Assembly: GCF_964188315.1 (NCBI RefSeq)
Contig: NC_135667.1
Coordinates: forward strand, 16,306,001-16,370,000
From: Podarcis muralis
Lineage: Eukaryota
Direction: 5' to 3'
DNA: 64,000 bases
In this document: positions 63,674 to 64,000 of the stretch, piece after piece
Numbering within the stretch: the first letter of the stretch is position 1
Layout of the letters: every line of letters begins with the position of its first letter
Position numbers and translations under genes: made by a program
The notes under the pieces: generated by a model
What the model was told of the DNA's origin: nothing
Databases searched by the model: none
The model's input: only the letters and a program-made list of their open reading frames with translations

Positions 63674-64000
63674 GGCGGACAGAACCCTGTAAAATGAGGG
63701 GTGAAATTATGATGGACGACTGGTGGCGGTGAATGGAACAGGTGGGCATGTCAGGAAAGTACAGGTGATAATGGGCCCAGAAAAGGAGCTGCAGATATAG
63801 AACGGGGGGGGGGGGGGGGGGAGAGAGAGAGAGAGAGAGAAATGAGGGAGAGTGTGGAATAACTTAGGGATGGACTGAAAGGGAATAAGAAAAAATGAAG
63901 CAAAGCACATGAAAAAAGGGATCACGATTTTGAAGGGGAGATGAAAGATCTCTGGCTGTGTACACATCTTACATTTAAAGCGCAAGCGCGCACACACACA

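Noticed and set aside
63233-63697. 154-aa plus-strand ORF
   Set aside because: Antisense to the PHETA-like CDS, with no independent evidence.

Overview
This is eukaryotic, intron-rich vertebrate DNA from a squamate, most likely a lacertid lizard. The inference rests on Sauria-type SINEs, Squam-like SINEs and lizard-type MITEs. The region is syntenic with human 16p11.2. Almost all of the supplied six-frame ORFs are noise or antisense shadows. I rebuilt six spliced genes by hand from GT-AG junctions and reading-frame continuity: SEPTIN1 (+, 11 coding exons), DCTPP1 (-), QPRT (+), MYL11/MYLPF (-, 7 exons), TBC1D10B (+, 9 exons) and a single-coding-exon Sesquipedalian/PHETA-family PH-domain gene (-). 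Two observations stand out. (1) An extra 300-nt exon encodes a C-x2-C-x13-H-x5-H zinc finger resembling the N-terminus of hAT transposases and can splice in frame onto DCTPP1, predicting a ~306-aa zinc finger-dCTP pyrophosphatase fusion. (2) An apparent third PHETA paralog keeps the OCRL-binding F&H motif and ends in a clathrin-box motif (LIDFE). The intergenic and intronic DNA holds SINEs, Tc1/mariner MITEs with TA TSDs, several hAT elements with intact 8-bp TSDs, CR1/L1 fragments, a probable solo LTR and Penelope-like hairpins. All homology calls are from memory of the protein families; no database search was run.
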